This document shows positions 13,005 to 25,000 of a stretch of DNA of 64,000 nucleotides, one piece after another. The notes under the pieces are model-generated. The model made no database searches. It was given only the letters and a program-made list of their open reading frames with translations, and had not been told where the DNA came from. A program made the translations under genes and the position numbers. Each line of letters begins with the position of its first letter. Within the stretch, counting starts at the first letter, position 1. This DNA comes from Macrostomum lignano (lineage: Eukaryota): NCBI GenBank assembly GCA_002269645.1, contig NIVC01000440.1, positions 474,447 through 538,446 of the forward strand, in the 5' to 3' direction.

Positions 13005-16000
13005 ATGGCAACCAAAGAAGAAGATGACGAGTCGCTGATGCGGCAGTTCTGCGGTTACACTACCGCGCACGGGCTCGGCCGCTTCGGGGCCCAGACTGGC
13101 GCCATCGGCCGCGGCCTGTGGATCTGCTTCCTGCTGGGCACCTACGGCGGCTTCACTTTCCACATGTACAGCCTCGGCCAGCAGTTCGCCGCGGTGCCTC
13201 TGAGAACCAGTCTGAGCACTTCGTTGCCGTTCGAGTTTCCCGACGTGTACTTTTGCCCGACCGATTTGGTTACTATGAGTCGGGCAAGTCCGCAGGTGAG
13301 GCGCTCTGAGGATCGAGGTTGCTATGACAATTTATGCACTGATGTATTTCAACTGTACGTGTACACAGTAGTTTACAGTAACTGAAGTTCTTGCTGGTGC
13401 CCCTTCTGGCTGGCGCCATTGCTGCAGGCGTAGCGCCATATTTTACAACATTCCAGGTGAACATCAAAGAGCTGACCAGGGCCCTGACCTGCGACACCGA
13501 CTGCAAGAAGCAGCTGAAATTCGACATCCATTGGAGCCCAGAATCCGGCACGACTAGCGCTGCCCAGTATGGACCGGCTGCCCAGGGGCTGCTGCACGTG
13601 ATCTCGGCAGTTGAGAGCAACATCTCGCAGTCCTTGCACTATGGAAAGAACAGTGAGGAACCTGCGATTCTGTGATGCTTTTGGCCATGGTGCTGGCGCC
13701 CCTGGTGCTGGCGCCCCTGGTGCTGGCGCCCCTGGTGCTGGCGCCCCTGGTGCTGGCGCCCCTGGTGCTGGCGCCCCTGGGGCTAAAGCCCTTTGTGCAT
13801 GCATATAAGACAGATAGAGGATAGACAAATAATAAGGCAACAATCATTTCATAAAATGTGATTAAATTGTGTCAAGTAGGAATAAAAAATAAACCACAGT
13901 ATATTGCCCAGGATCCCACTATGTACTTCTTAGACACGCGGTAGTAGCAACGTTCTAGTATTACTTAGTTATTTTCACTTGCGGTTATTTTAGCCTCTGT
14001 CAGCACCTGCCGTACAACACTTGGCGGAGAAGAGTACATAGGAAACTTGTCCATCGTACATCTGTTCGGCACCGCCCAGGTCAGGGAACCAGTGTCCGAC
14101 ATCAATAATCTGCCAAAAATTGCTCCCTACTTGTCCACCGCTAACTGCATCGGCTGGAATTCTGCGGCCAGGGAGCTTCAGGCCGCTGGGGTGCCGCTGG
14201 CAGCTCAAATCTTGGCCATGGGCTACTCCGAGGACGACAGCAAGTGCAGGCAGCCCCGCGGTTTGCCACTGAAGAGTTTTCAAGATAATTCCACTCGTGA
14301 GTGAGCCTTTTTCAGCCTGTAAAAATAACTGAGATTGCGATTAATAGCCTATGCTTTAGGATTGCATGTTTTTGTGAGGGTGCAGGCTAGGAAAGATATT
14401 TGTCGTCAATGTACACTCATTGGGGATACAGAAATTGAGGTTTGTGCGCTGGAGAATGAGTCACCAATGTACACTCATTGGGGGTAGAGAAATTGAGGTT
14501 TGTGCGCTGGAGAATGAGTCACCAGTGTACACTCATTGAGGGTAGAGAAATTAAAGCTTGTGAGTCACCATAGAGAATGATTCACCATATTCCAGACCAG
14601 ATGCACCTGTACGTTGGCTGTCTGGATAAAAATGCGAGTGCAGCGGACTTTCCGCACCTGTGCCTGCAAGATCCATACGGTTGGATGAATCACGAGCGCT
14701 GCGCGGAGTGCTGCTACGTGGCCAATTACACCTACATGGCTCTGCACGGTGACCAGTGCCTCTGCGGTGAAGAGGTCAGCAATGTCACCGCGCTGTCCCT
14801 TAGCGACTTCGCTTGCAGCCGGAAGTGCCGGGGAAATATCGCCGAAGCCTGCGGCGGAGACGCTGCCGCGATTGTCTATCAAGTTCGGAGCTCAGGTGCG
14901 ATTTGGCGGTTTAATGCGAGTGGGCTGATCAGTATGTTGGGTGAATGGAAGAGAGTGAATGTTCATGAGTTCTGTAATGAGTTCATGGGTGAGTTCATGG
15001 GTGAGTTCATGAGTGAGTACATGAGTGAGTTCATGCGTGAGTTATTGAGCCAAAAAAACACACCAAAGCCTCCAACCCGATTCGGGCAGGTTCCAACCCG
15101 CTGTTCATTCCTTTCCGAGCTTCAATCGACAGTTTCAACGAAGGCCCTTACTGCTTCTATAGAGGCAACAGCGGACAGCTGTCAGCCACCTACTGCAACG
15201 TACCGTTCTGTCGTAAGCCTTTACTAGCTACTGTAGTAGATTGTATCACACTGTAGTAGACTGTATCACACTGTAGTAGACTACATCGCACTGTAGTAGA
15301 CTGTATCGCACTGTAGTAGACTGTATCGCAAAGAATACGTTGTATTTCGACTAAAATTAAATTTCATTTTTTTGTTAATCTTTCACCAGCGATCTCGCCC
15401 GGGTTTGACTGTTTGGCATTAAATAGCGAGGACCAGGTGAGCAGCGGGGAGTACCTGCGCTACACTGGCTACAAGAGCCTCACCAACACCAAGGACTCCT
15501 GCATTGACTGGACTGCGATGCGACAGGCGCTTCTTAACGGCTCTCGGACCTTCCGCTTCGATGCTGAACCCTCCATCCTGACTGGTGAGCGCTGGTAGAC
15601 CTTCAATGCATTCCACTGCACCGCCGTGTTAGACTTCCTGACACATCTTTTAATTAGTTCAGATATCCTGAAGCACCCCGAATTCTGGAATACTGACACA
15701 TACTGTGACTGTCTGACACACAGCTGCCATTCTGTGACTGACACACAGCTGTCATCCCGTGACTGTCTGACACACAGGTGTCATCCCGTGACTGTCTGAC
15801 ACACAGCTGTCATCCCGTGACTGTTTGACACACAGCTGTCATCCCGTGACTGTCTGACACACAGCTGTCATCCCCTGACTGTCTGACACACAGCTGTCAT
15901 CCCGTGACTGTTTGACACACAGCTGTCATCCCGTGACTGTCTGACACACAGCTGTCATCCCATAACTGTCTGACACACAGCTGTCATCCCGTGACTGTCT

Positions 16001-19000
16001 GACATACGCCCCCCTTCCAGTCAATATCCTTGATGTGTACATCGAAACCCCGGACTTCGAGCTGTACAACTACGTATCGCGCCGGGTCTGCCGGGTTTTC
16101 AGATGTTTTGACGCAAAAAACGCAAATTATACTACTATCTGAAAATGAAGTAAGTAGTATACGAAAACGCTATCCTAAGCGTGATATATGGCAATATGTA
16201 GTCGTAATAATCCATGTGCTCATATATGTACATTAATTCCATGTACATTAATCCCTATCTATCTCAAATTGGATATGTACATTAATTCCATGTACATTAA
16301 TCCCTATCCCAAATTGTCTATCCCCAATTCTATATGTACACTCACATTAATCTACAGTGTCATCCCCAGACGGTCTGAGCGCGCACCAAAATTACATGTA
16401 CAATACTACATGTACGCAGAGGCGAGAATTACTAATCTCATCTACTACCAAATGAGTCAACTAACAGTGTAGCGTACATCATGTATAAGTATTTACAATG
16501 AAGATATATTTACATTTAATCAGTAGCATATTACAGGAATCGAGACATGTACACCATCACCAGCAAATAGAATATACAGAAAATTTTACATTGTTTTTCA
16601 ATAATTTTCTCTTCATAAATGATTTTAAACCTCTCCCAAGTCTGCCCCCCAAATGCAGGACTGTGTTGAAGCAGTGCTTTATATTTCTATTGACAGTGGG
16701 TATGATACAAGAAGCTTCGTCGCGCTTTAATTACAGTAAACCATCCCCTCGAAGCTCCTATACTGAATGCTGAATCACCCTTTAACTCGGACCATAGTCA
16801 AATTCAACCCTGTTCGAAAACAGCCACCCCTCCGATGTTCACCAGACTCGTCTTCACAGCGCAGACCCCATAGCAAAATCGAGCTAAATTTTAACACTCG
16901 CCCCTGTTCTCTCTGTCCCCCTTCTAAATGCCAAGGAATTTCGACCCTCTCTTCATTTTCAGTGTACAGACAGATCTTTCCACAGCACAGACCATATATT
17001 AAACTTCAAAACCCCTCTCTTCTCCGATTACGTCATCCATGCCGCCCCAGATAGCAAGAAACCAACTTTTAATGCACACATCAACCCCCGCGAGCAAATC
17101 CGAGTCCGCCAACCTCTACCTGCATTGACAAACCCCAGCTGCATTTGTAAATGTACACAGCCTATGAATCAGTGTCTCCACCGCATGCAATTCTGATTTA
17201 CTTGATCTAAACTTTGTAAGTAGTATAAGTCACCCTTGCGTTTACTAGAAGTAGTGAAGTCCACAAATTTAAATACGTGAGGCTATTCAATTCTGCCTCT
17301 CCGCCTCCCCTACCTTCTCACTTCAAGCTTTCAGACTTGGTCTTTGAGACGGTCGGTTTAATCTGTTAGAAGCAGGAATGAATCATGCACTGACCTCTCC
17401 ATACAAAGTAAAGTTGGAATTTCAGACAAGAAATTTGGTTATTTTAAAAGCTAAATGACTAGAAATGCACATTTTTTCATTAAAATGCAGCTTTTTACAG
17501 TTTTTTTACGATTTTAACCTTAAAATGCAGACTTTGTTGATCAAAATCAGTAGTTTCATCACTAGAAACCATACTTTCAACAGCTAATTTGTCCAAATGT
17601 CGCTTTCAACTTGACCTTAGACAGCTTTTAAGCAGGAATGAACCCCACACAAACATCCACAAGCCAGCCCAAAATCAGCCAAAGACATGGCTATTGAAGC
17701 CTAAATTGCTAGAAATGCACATTTTTTCAGAAGAAAATACAATTTTTCACAGTTTTTATGCATTTTTTACGTTAAAATGCAGACTTTATTGATCAAAATC
17801 AGTAGTTTCATCACTAGAAACCATACTTTCAACAGCTAATTTGTCCAAATGTCGCTTTCAACTTGACCTTAGACAGCTTTTAAGCAGGAATGAACCCCAC
17901 ACAAACATCCACAAGCCAGCCCAAAATCAGCCAAAGACATGGCTATTGAAGCCTAAATTGCTAGAAATCATGTCCTGTGTTACGACACTGCCTAGCAACC
18001 GTATAATTTTATTAATACATGAACTAGCACTCCTATTTTACATTCATTGAGAGGCGGCGGCAGCGGGTGGAGGGTGGCCAGACCGTGACTGTGCGCAGCA
18101 CAGTCCCTGTCTCTACTGCCGCCTCCGCCCGCTGCCGCCGCCTCTCAATGAATGTAAAATAGGAGTGCTAGTTCATGTATTAATAAAATTATACGGTTGC
18201 TAGGCAGTGTCGTAACACAGGACATGCGTTTTTCTGTAAAGTAATAATAACCCCACCATTAATATAGACAGTTGGTCGTGTAAACGAATAATTTGAAAGT
18301 TTAGTCTATGTTTTACAAAATGTCTCTATGAAAACTCATCTTCCTACTGACAGTAGAGTTTGCAAAAATCAGTTCTTGGAAGAATGCGACATTTTCGTGA
18401 AAATATTTAAACTGCTATATTGGGCCTATGACAGATTTTTATTGAGAAACTATCGTCATTTCCACAGAGAAAGATAAACATGTGAAGCTTTCGTGAAGAT
18501 TACATCTTCATACTACGGGTGTCAAATTTTCCTGTATTTGACTGAACGTACGTGCATTTAGTCATAGTCGGGGGAGTACTTCAACCATTTCTCAGGTTTA
18601 AATCGGCTGCCGCTTGCATATGTACATCACATGTAAATGAACATGTGGTAAATCTGATGAGGAACTATGCATACATGCGCGAGTTGCCCGGAAAGAGCTG
18701 AGATTGATAGATAATGAAAAATCAGTAGGAAAGAGAGAATGAGGCTGCGTGACCACCCACCCCATTATCCTGTCTTTCCGTTGCATGGCAGCACGTAATT
18801 AAATGTGTCAAGTGTACAATTGATTCAATCGATTACTCGTTTATACGCAAAGTATCGAGAGAGTTTTTAATTGCATCCAAACTTTCTGACTAATGCATTC
18901 GTGTGTTCCAAAGAAGGAGACACTGATTCATAGGGTGTGTACATTGACAAATGCAATTACAGCACACATGGTAGGGTTGGCTTTGGTAGACGCGCGGATT

Positions 19001-22000
19001 TGCTTGGTTCGCATTGTTCATATATGTGCATCGAAATTTTTTTCTTGCTAACTGCTTCTATGGGGATGTATAGATGATGACGTAATCAGAGATAGGGCTT
19101 TGGTTGGGGGAGGCTGGGTCCGTGCTGTGAAAAGATCTGCTTGCTTCGTCAAAATGTACATTGGGATTGAGAGAGAGGCCGGTCGAATTTCGTTGACAAC
19201 TAGAAATGGAAAGGTTTGGTCAGAGAATAGGGGTGTATGTGTGTTTTGGCTTTATTCAAAATGGTCTGTGCTGCGAAGACGAGTCCATTGACCATTGGGT
19301 GTTTGCTGTTTTGCCAATTCAGTATACTGAACCTGTTAAACTGATTGCCTCATGAGTCACTTTTCTGGGGTATGTGTAGGAGAGAGAGGCCTGAGAGAGA
19401 CAAGGGCTCGATTTGGGTGGGTCCTCTGGCTCCATTCGTATTGGCCAATTTGGCGAATTGGCAAATCTACTTGCATGGGTTAAATTATTGAATATGGTCA
19501 GAGTTGAAGAATTTGGGGATGAATCAAGATGTAAAGTTGGCAAAAACAACACTGATTCACCACATCTAAAAGATGACTGCTAGGAGCTTCGGAAATAAGA
19601 CTACTGTACACAGCAGCATCAACAAAAGGTATTAAATTGTCAATCAAAATCGACCCGTAGATGTGCGATTTTGCATGGTTTACAGTGTTCATATGTGCAT
19701 CGAAAAATTTTGTTTCTTGCTAACTGCTCCTATGGGGGAGGTGGATGACGTAATCAAGATAGGGTTTTGGTTGGAGGAGGCTCAATATATGAGTCTGTGC
19801 TGTGAAAATATCTGTTTATACACTGAAATTGGAGAGGGAGGGTCGGAATTCCTTGACAGTTAGAAATGGTAAGGTCAGAGAGACAGGGACGAGTGGTTCT
19901 GTTCTACATGGGTCTGTGCTGTGAAGACGAGTCTAATATGACCATTGGGTGTTGGGTGTTTTGCCAATTCCGTAATACACTAAACCTGTCCAGCTGATTG
20001 CCGCATGAGTCACTTTTCTCGGTGGGTGCAGAAGGAGAGAGAGAGAGGTCTGGGAGGGACAGTTTAAATGTCAATCGAAATCAACGGGCCGCTTCGCCGA
20101 CTGTATATGTTAAAATTATTATAGCTAGGTTTATAGCAAACTGTGCGTTTTAACCCAATATTCAAGAATAATCCCTTCCCTGACTTCTTGAGGGGTATTT
20201 CATGTACCAAATACATACATTTGAATGATGAAACAGCATTTTTGACGATTAAGTTGTAAAAATTATGGTTTCTGCTGATGAAGTGATTAATTTTGTTCAA
20301 TAAAGTCAGCATTTTAACGTTAAAAAGAGTAAAAACTGTGAAAAATTGACAAGCTTTAAACCAAAATGCGCAAATTTCTAGTAATTTAGCTTTCAATGAA
20401 AATGTCTTGGGTGGAATTCCAACTTGGGCCGGGGTGTGCATATGGAGATCAGTGTGTGACTCATTCCTGCTCGAAAGCTGTCTCTTGCCAACTTTGAAAT
20501 CAGCATTTGGACAAATTAGCGGTTGAAATTATGGCTTTTGGGATGAAACTACTAAGTTTGATCAATTCGCATTTCGCATTTTAACGTTAGAAAATAATAA
20601 AACTGTGAAAATTGGCCTTTATTAAACGAAAGAATGAGAAATTCTATGAATAGCTTTAAAAAAACGATGGCTTTAGTGGAAATTGGACTGGCTCGGGTAA
20701 TCCGTGTGCGATTATAATTCCTGCTCAAAGCTGTCTCAGAGTTCCAGAAGTAGCATTTGTGATAATTTTGTGTTAAAATTGTGGTTTTTAGTGATGAAAC
20801 TACTGATTTTGATCAATAAAGTCTGCATTTTAACGTAAAAAATGCGTAAAACTGTGAAAATTTGTATTTTCTTATGAAAAAATGCTGATTTCTAGCAATT
20901 TAGGCTTCAATAGCCATGTCTTTGGTTGATTCTGGGGTGGCTTGTGGATGTTCGTGGGGGTTCATTCCTGCTTCAAAGCTGTCTAAGGTCAAGTTGAAAG
21001 CGACATTTGGACAAATTAGTTGTTGAAAGTATGGTTTCTAGTGATGAAACTACTGATTTTGATCAATATAGTCTGCATTTTAACGTAAAAAATGCATAAA
21101 AACTGTGAAAAATTGTATTTTCTTCTGAAAAAATGTGCATTTCTAGCAATTTAGGCTTCAATAGCCATGTCTTTGGCTGATTTTGGGCTGGCTTGTGGAT
21201 GTTTGTGTGGGGTTCATTCCTGCTTAAAAGCTGTCTAAGGTCAAGTTGAAAGCGACATTTGGACAAATTAGCTGTTGAAAGTATGGTTTCTAGTGATGAA
21301 ACTACTGATTTTGATCAACAAAGTCTGCATTTTAAGGTTAAAATCGTAAAAAAACTGTAAAAAGCTGCATTTTAATGAAAAAATGTGCATTTCTAGTCAT
21401 TTAGCTTTTAAAATAACCAAATTTCTTGTCTGAAATTCCAACTTTACTTTGTATGGAGAGGTCAGTGCATGATTCATTCCTGCTTCTAACAGATTAAACC
21501 GACCGTCTCAAAGACCAAGTCTGAAAGCTTGAAGTGAGAAGGTAGGGGAGGCGGAGAGGCAGAATTGAATAGCCTCACGTATTTAAATTTGTGGACTTCA
21601 CTACTTCTAGTAAACGCAAGGGTGACTTATACTACTTACAAAGTTTAGATCAAGTAAATCAGAATTGCATGCGGTGGAGACACTGATTCATAGGCTGTGT
21701 ACATTTACAAATGCAGCTGGGGTTTGTCAATGCAGGTAGAGGTTGGCGGACTCGGATTTGCTCGCGGGGGTTGATGTGTGCATTAAAAGTTGGTTTCTTG
21801 CTATCTGGGGCGGCATGGATGACGTAATCGGAGAAGAGAGGGGTTTTGAAGTTTAATATATGGTCTGTGCTGTGGAAAGATCTGTCTGTACACTGAAAAT
21901 GAAGAGAGGGTCGAAATTCCTTGGCATTTAGAAGGGGGACAGAGAGAACAGGGGCGAGTGTTAAAATTTAGCTCGATTTTGCTATGGGGTCTGCGCTGTG

Positions 22001-25000
22001 AAGACGAGTCTGGTGAACATCGGAGGGGTGGCTGTTTTCGAACAGGGTTGAATTTGACTATGGTCCGAGTTAAAGGGTGATTCAGCATTCAGTATAGGAG
22101 CTTCGAGGGGATGGTTTACTGTAATTAAAGCGCGACGAAGCTTCTTGTATCATACCCACTGTCAATAGAAATATAAAGCACTGCTTCAACACAGTCCTGC
22201 ATTTGGGGGGCAGACTTGGGAGAGGTTTAAAATCATTTATGAAGAGAAAATTATTGAAAAACAATGTAAAATTTTCTGTATATTCTATTTGCTGGTGATG
22301 GTGTACATGTCTCGATTCCTGTAATATGCTACTGATTAAATGTAAATATATCTTCATTGTAAATACTTATACATGATGTACGCTACACTGTTAGTTGACT
22401 CATTTGGTAGTAGATGAGATTAGTAATTCTCGCCTCTGCGTACATGTAGTATTGTACATGTAATTTTGGTGCGCGCTCAGACCGTCTGGGGATGATACTG
22501 TAGATTAATGTGAGTGTACATATAGAATTGGGGATAGACAATTTGGGATAGGGATTAATGTACATGGAATTAATGTACATATCCAATTTGAGATAGATAG
22601 GGATTAATGTACATGGAATTAATGTACATATATGAGCACATGGATTATTACGACTACATATTGCCATATATCACGCTTAGGATAGCGTTTTCGTATACTA
22701 CTTACTTCATTTTCAGATAGTAGTATAATTTGCGTTTTTTGCGTCAAAACATCTGAAAACCCGGCGGATTTGGCGCGATACGTAGTTGTACACCAATGGC
22801 AGGAAGGCGAACAATTTCTGTCGAGCGGCCAGGGTTCTTCTGGATGCAGCGGTAACCGAGCAGAAGACCGGCCGACATTACTTCATGTAAGCGAGCTTTT
22901 AGATATAACATCTGTAATCGTCAACGAAGTATATTATTCTATAGACTGCGCAATGCAAGGACCCTATGCAGTACACAGTATTCTATGGACTGGACAATGC
23001 AATTTACCCAGTACATAGTATTTTATTAACTGGACAATGCAATTAAAAACTTAAATACTTGAAAACCAAATCCAAACCACTACCAATAGAAAAGTCATCT
23101 TTGAGTTTATATAGTTCATAAAGTTGTACAGAAAAATAACAAATAATTTTGCGCTAACTTTTTCAGCCGGACAACTATAGTGGACACCGCTAAACCAGTC
23201 TGTCCGATTTCAATCACCAATGACGAGATACTACTCAGCTCATGCAGCATCGATGCCTGCTGTGAGTAGTATCGCGCTCTACATAAACCAAAAATATGTA
23301 AAGCGTCCTCCAGAATGTTTTCCCTGTTCTCCAGAAATTAAATATTCTCGAACACCCAGTCTAGCCTCCTAGTCTCGGAGATCTGCAAGGACAATGCAAG
23401 GACTCCAGTACTGTACATAGTATTCTATAGACTGGACAATGCAATTTTCCCAGTCTCGGACACTCGGAAGGTCTCGGACACCTAGTGTCGGATCCACCAA
23501 ATCTCGGATACTCAGTCTTGGACACCCAGTCTCGGACACACCAAGTCTCGGACACACCCAGTCTCGGACACACCCATTCTCGGACACAAACCGCAGCCCG
23601 CAAGACGAAGAGCATCCCGGGCCTGGTTCGGGACCGCATCGGCAGCGCCCTGCTGGCCAGCCGGTTCAGCAGCAGCATGGGCATCGGCTTCACGGGCTGC
23701 ACCTTTGGCGAGCATCTGTGCACTATCGACGACTTCACGACGGTGTTCCATCCGGAATTCGGCGTCTGCCACCGGTTCAACCAGGAGAAATGGGTGCAGC
23801 AGAGCAAGGACGTGAAGGCGACAGATTCCACGCTGACTGTGAGCTACTTCACGGATGCCACGGACTCTCTGGGACAGCAGCTGCCGGGAATTGACCGAAT
23901 GTCCCGGGTGGTCTTCCCAGGCGTTGAAAATCCCAATGACGACAGTTTCAGCGCAATGCAGGTAACAGACGTTCTGTTAAACACCTGTTAGACACCTGTT
24001 AGACAATATCAGCACATGTTAGACAATATCAGCACCTGTTAAACAATATCAGCACCTGTTAGACACAATATCAGTACCTGTTAGGCAATATCAGCACGTG
24101 TTAGACAATTTCAGCACCTGTTAGACACAATATCAGCATTTGTTAGACACAGTATCAGCACCTGTTAGACACAGTATCAGCGCCTGTTAGACACAGTATA
24201 AACACCTGCTAGACAATATCAGCACCTGTCTGTAATCCACCAAAATCCAATGCACAGGTGGTAGTTGTTCCAGTCGGCCAATTTCCCTGGCGAGACAAGG
24301 CCCTGACAGCCAGCCCTGGCCAGCACCTGGAGCTGCGAATGCGCTACGACAAAGTGAACCGGTTCTCAAAGCCCCCGGATCAGGCCTGCAATCAGAGTAA
24401 GAATGACGTCACCTACCGGCTGCCGTCTTGGCAGTCAAGCTGGCGTTACACGCCGCAGGCTTTGTAAGCTATTTCTGAAGATTTTGCGAATATTTCGTTT
24501 AGCCTACTACTAGTAGTTTCAATTATTAGTAGCATTTATATCCGATTATTTAACCTTTGATTTTTAGGCAATCAGTGAATATTACCGAGCTGAAAAACAC
24601 GGCGGATTGGGCGAAAAAGACAAAAATTCTTGAAAGCATCCTGATGAGCCTGAATGCCAGCATGTAAGCTTGCCTGTAGAATGACGCCACTTTACGTGTA
24701 GAATGACGCCAATTACGTATCTTTAGAATGATACCAATTACCAGTAGAATAATACCAATTACATGTAGAATGATACCAATTACCTGTAGAATAATACCAA
24801 TTACCTGTAGAATGATACCAATTACCTGTAGAATGATACCAATTACCTGTAGAATGATACCAATTACCTGTAGAATGATGCAAATTACCTGTAGAATGAT
24901 ACCAATTACCTGTAGAATGATACCAATTACCTGTAGAATGATGCAAATTACCTGTAGAATGATACCAATTACCTGTAGAATGATACCAATTACCTGTAGA

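Noticed and set aside
16188-17792. ORFs duplicated exactly on the opposite strand at 21063-22667
   Set aside because: They are a by-product of the inverted arms. They are short, have no recognisable motifs, and the 67-aa ORF recurs with the 252-bp unit.
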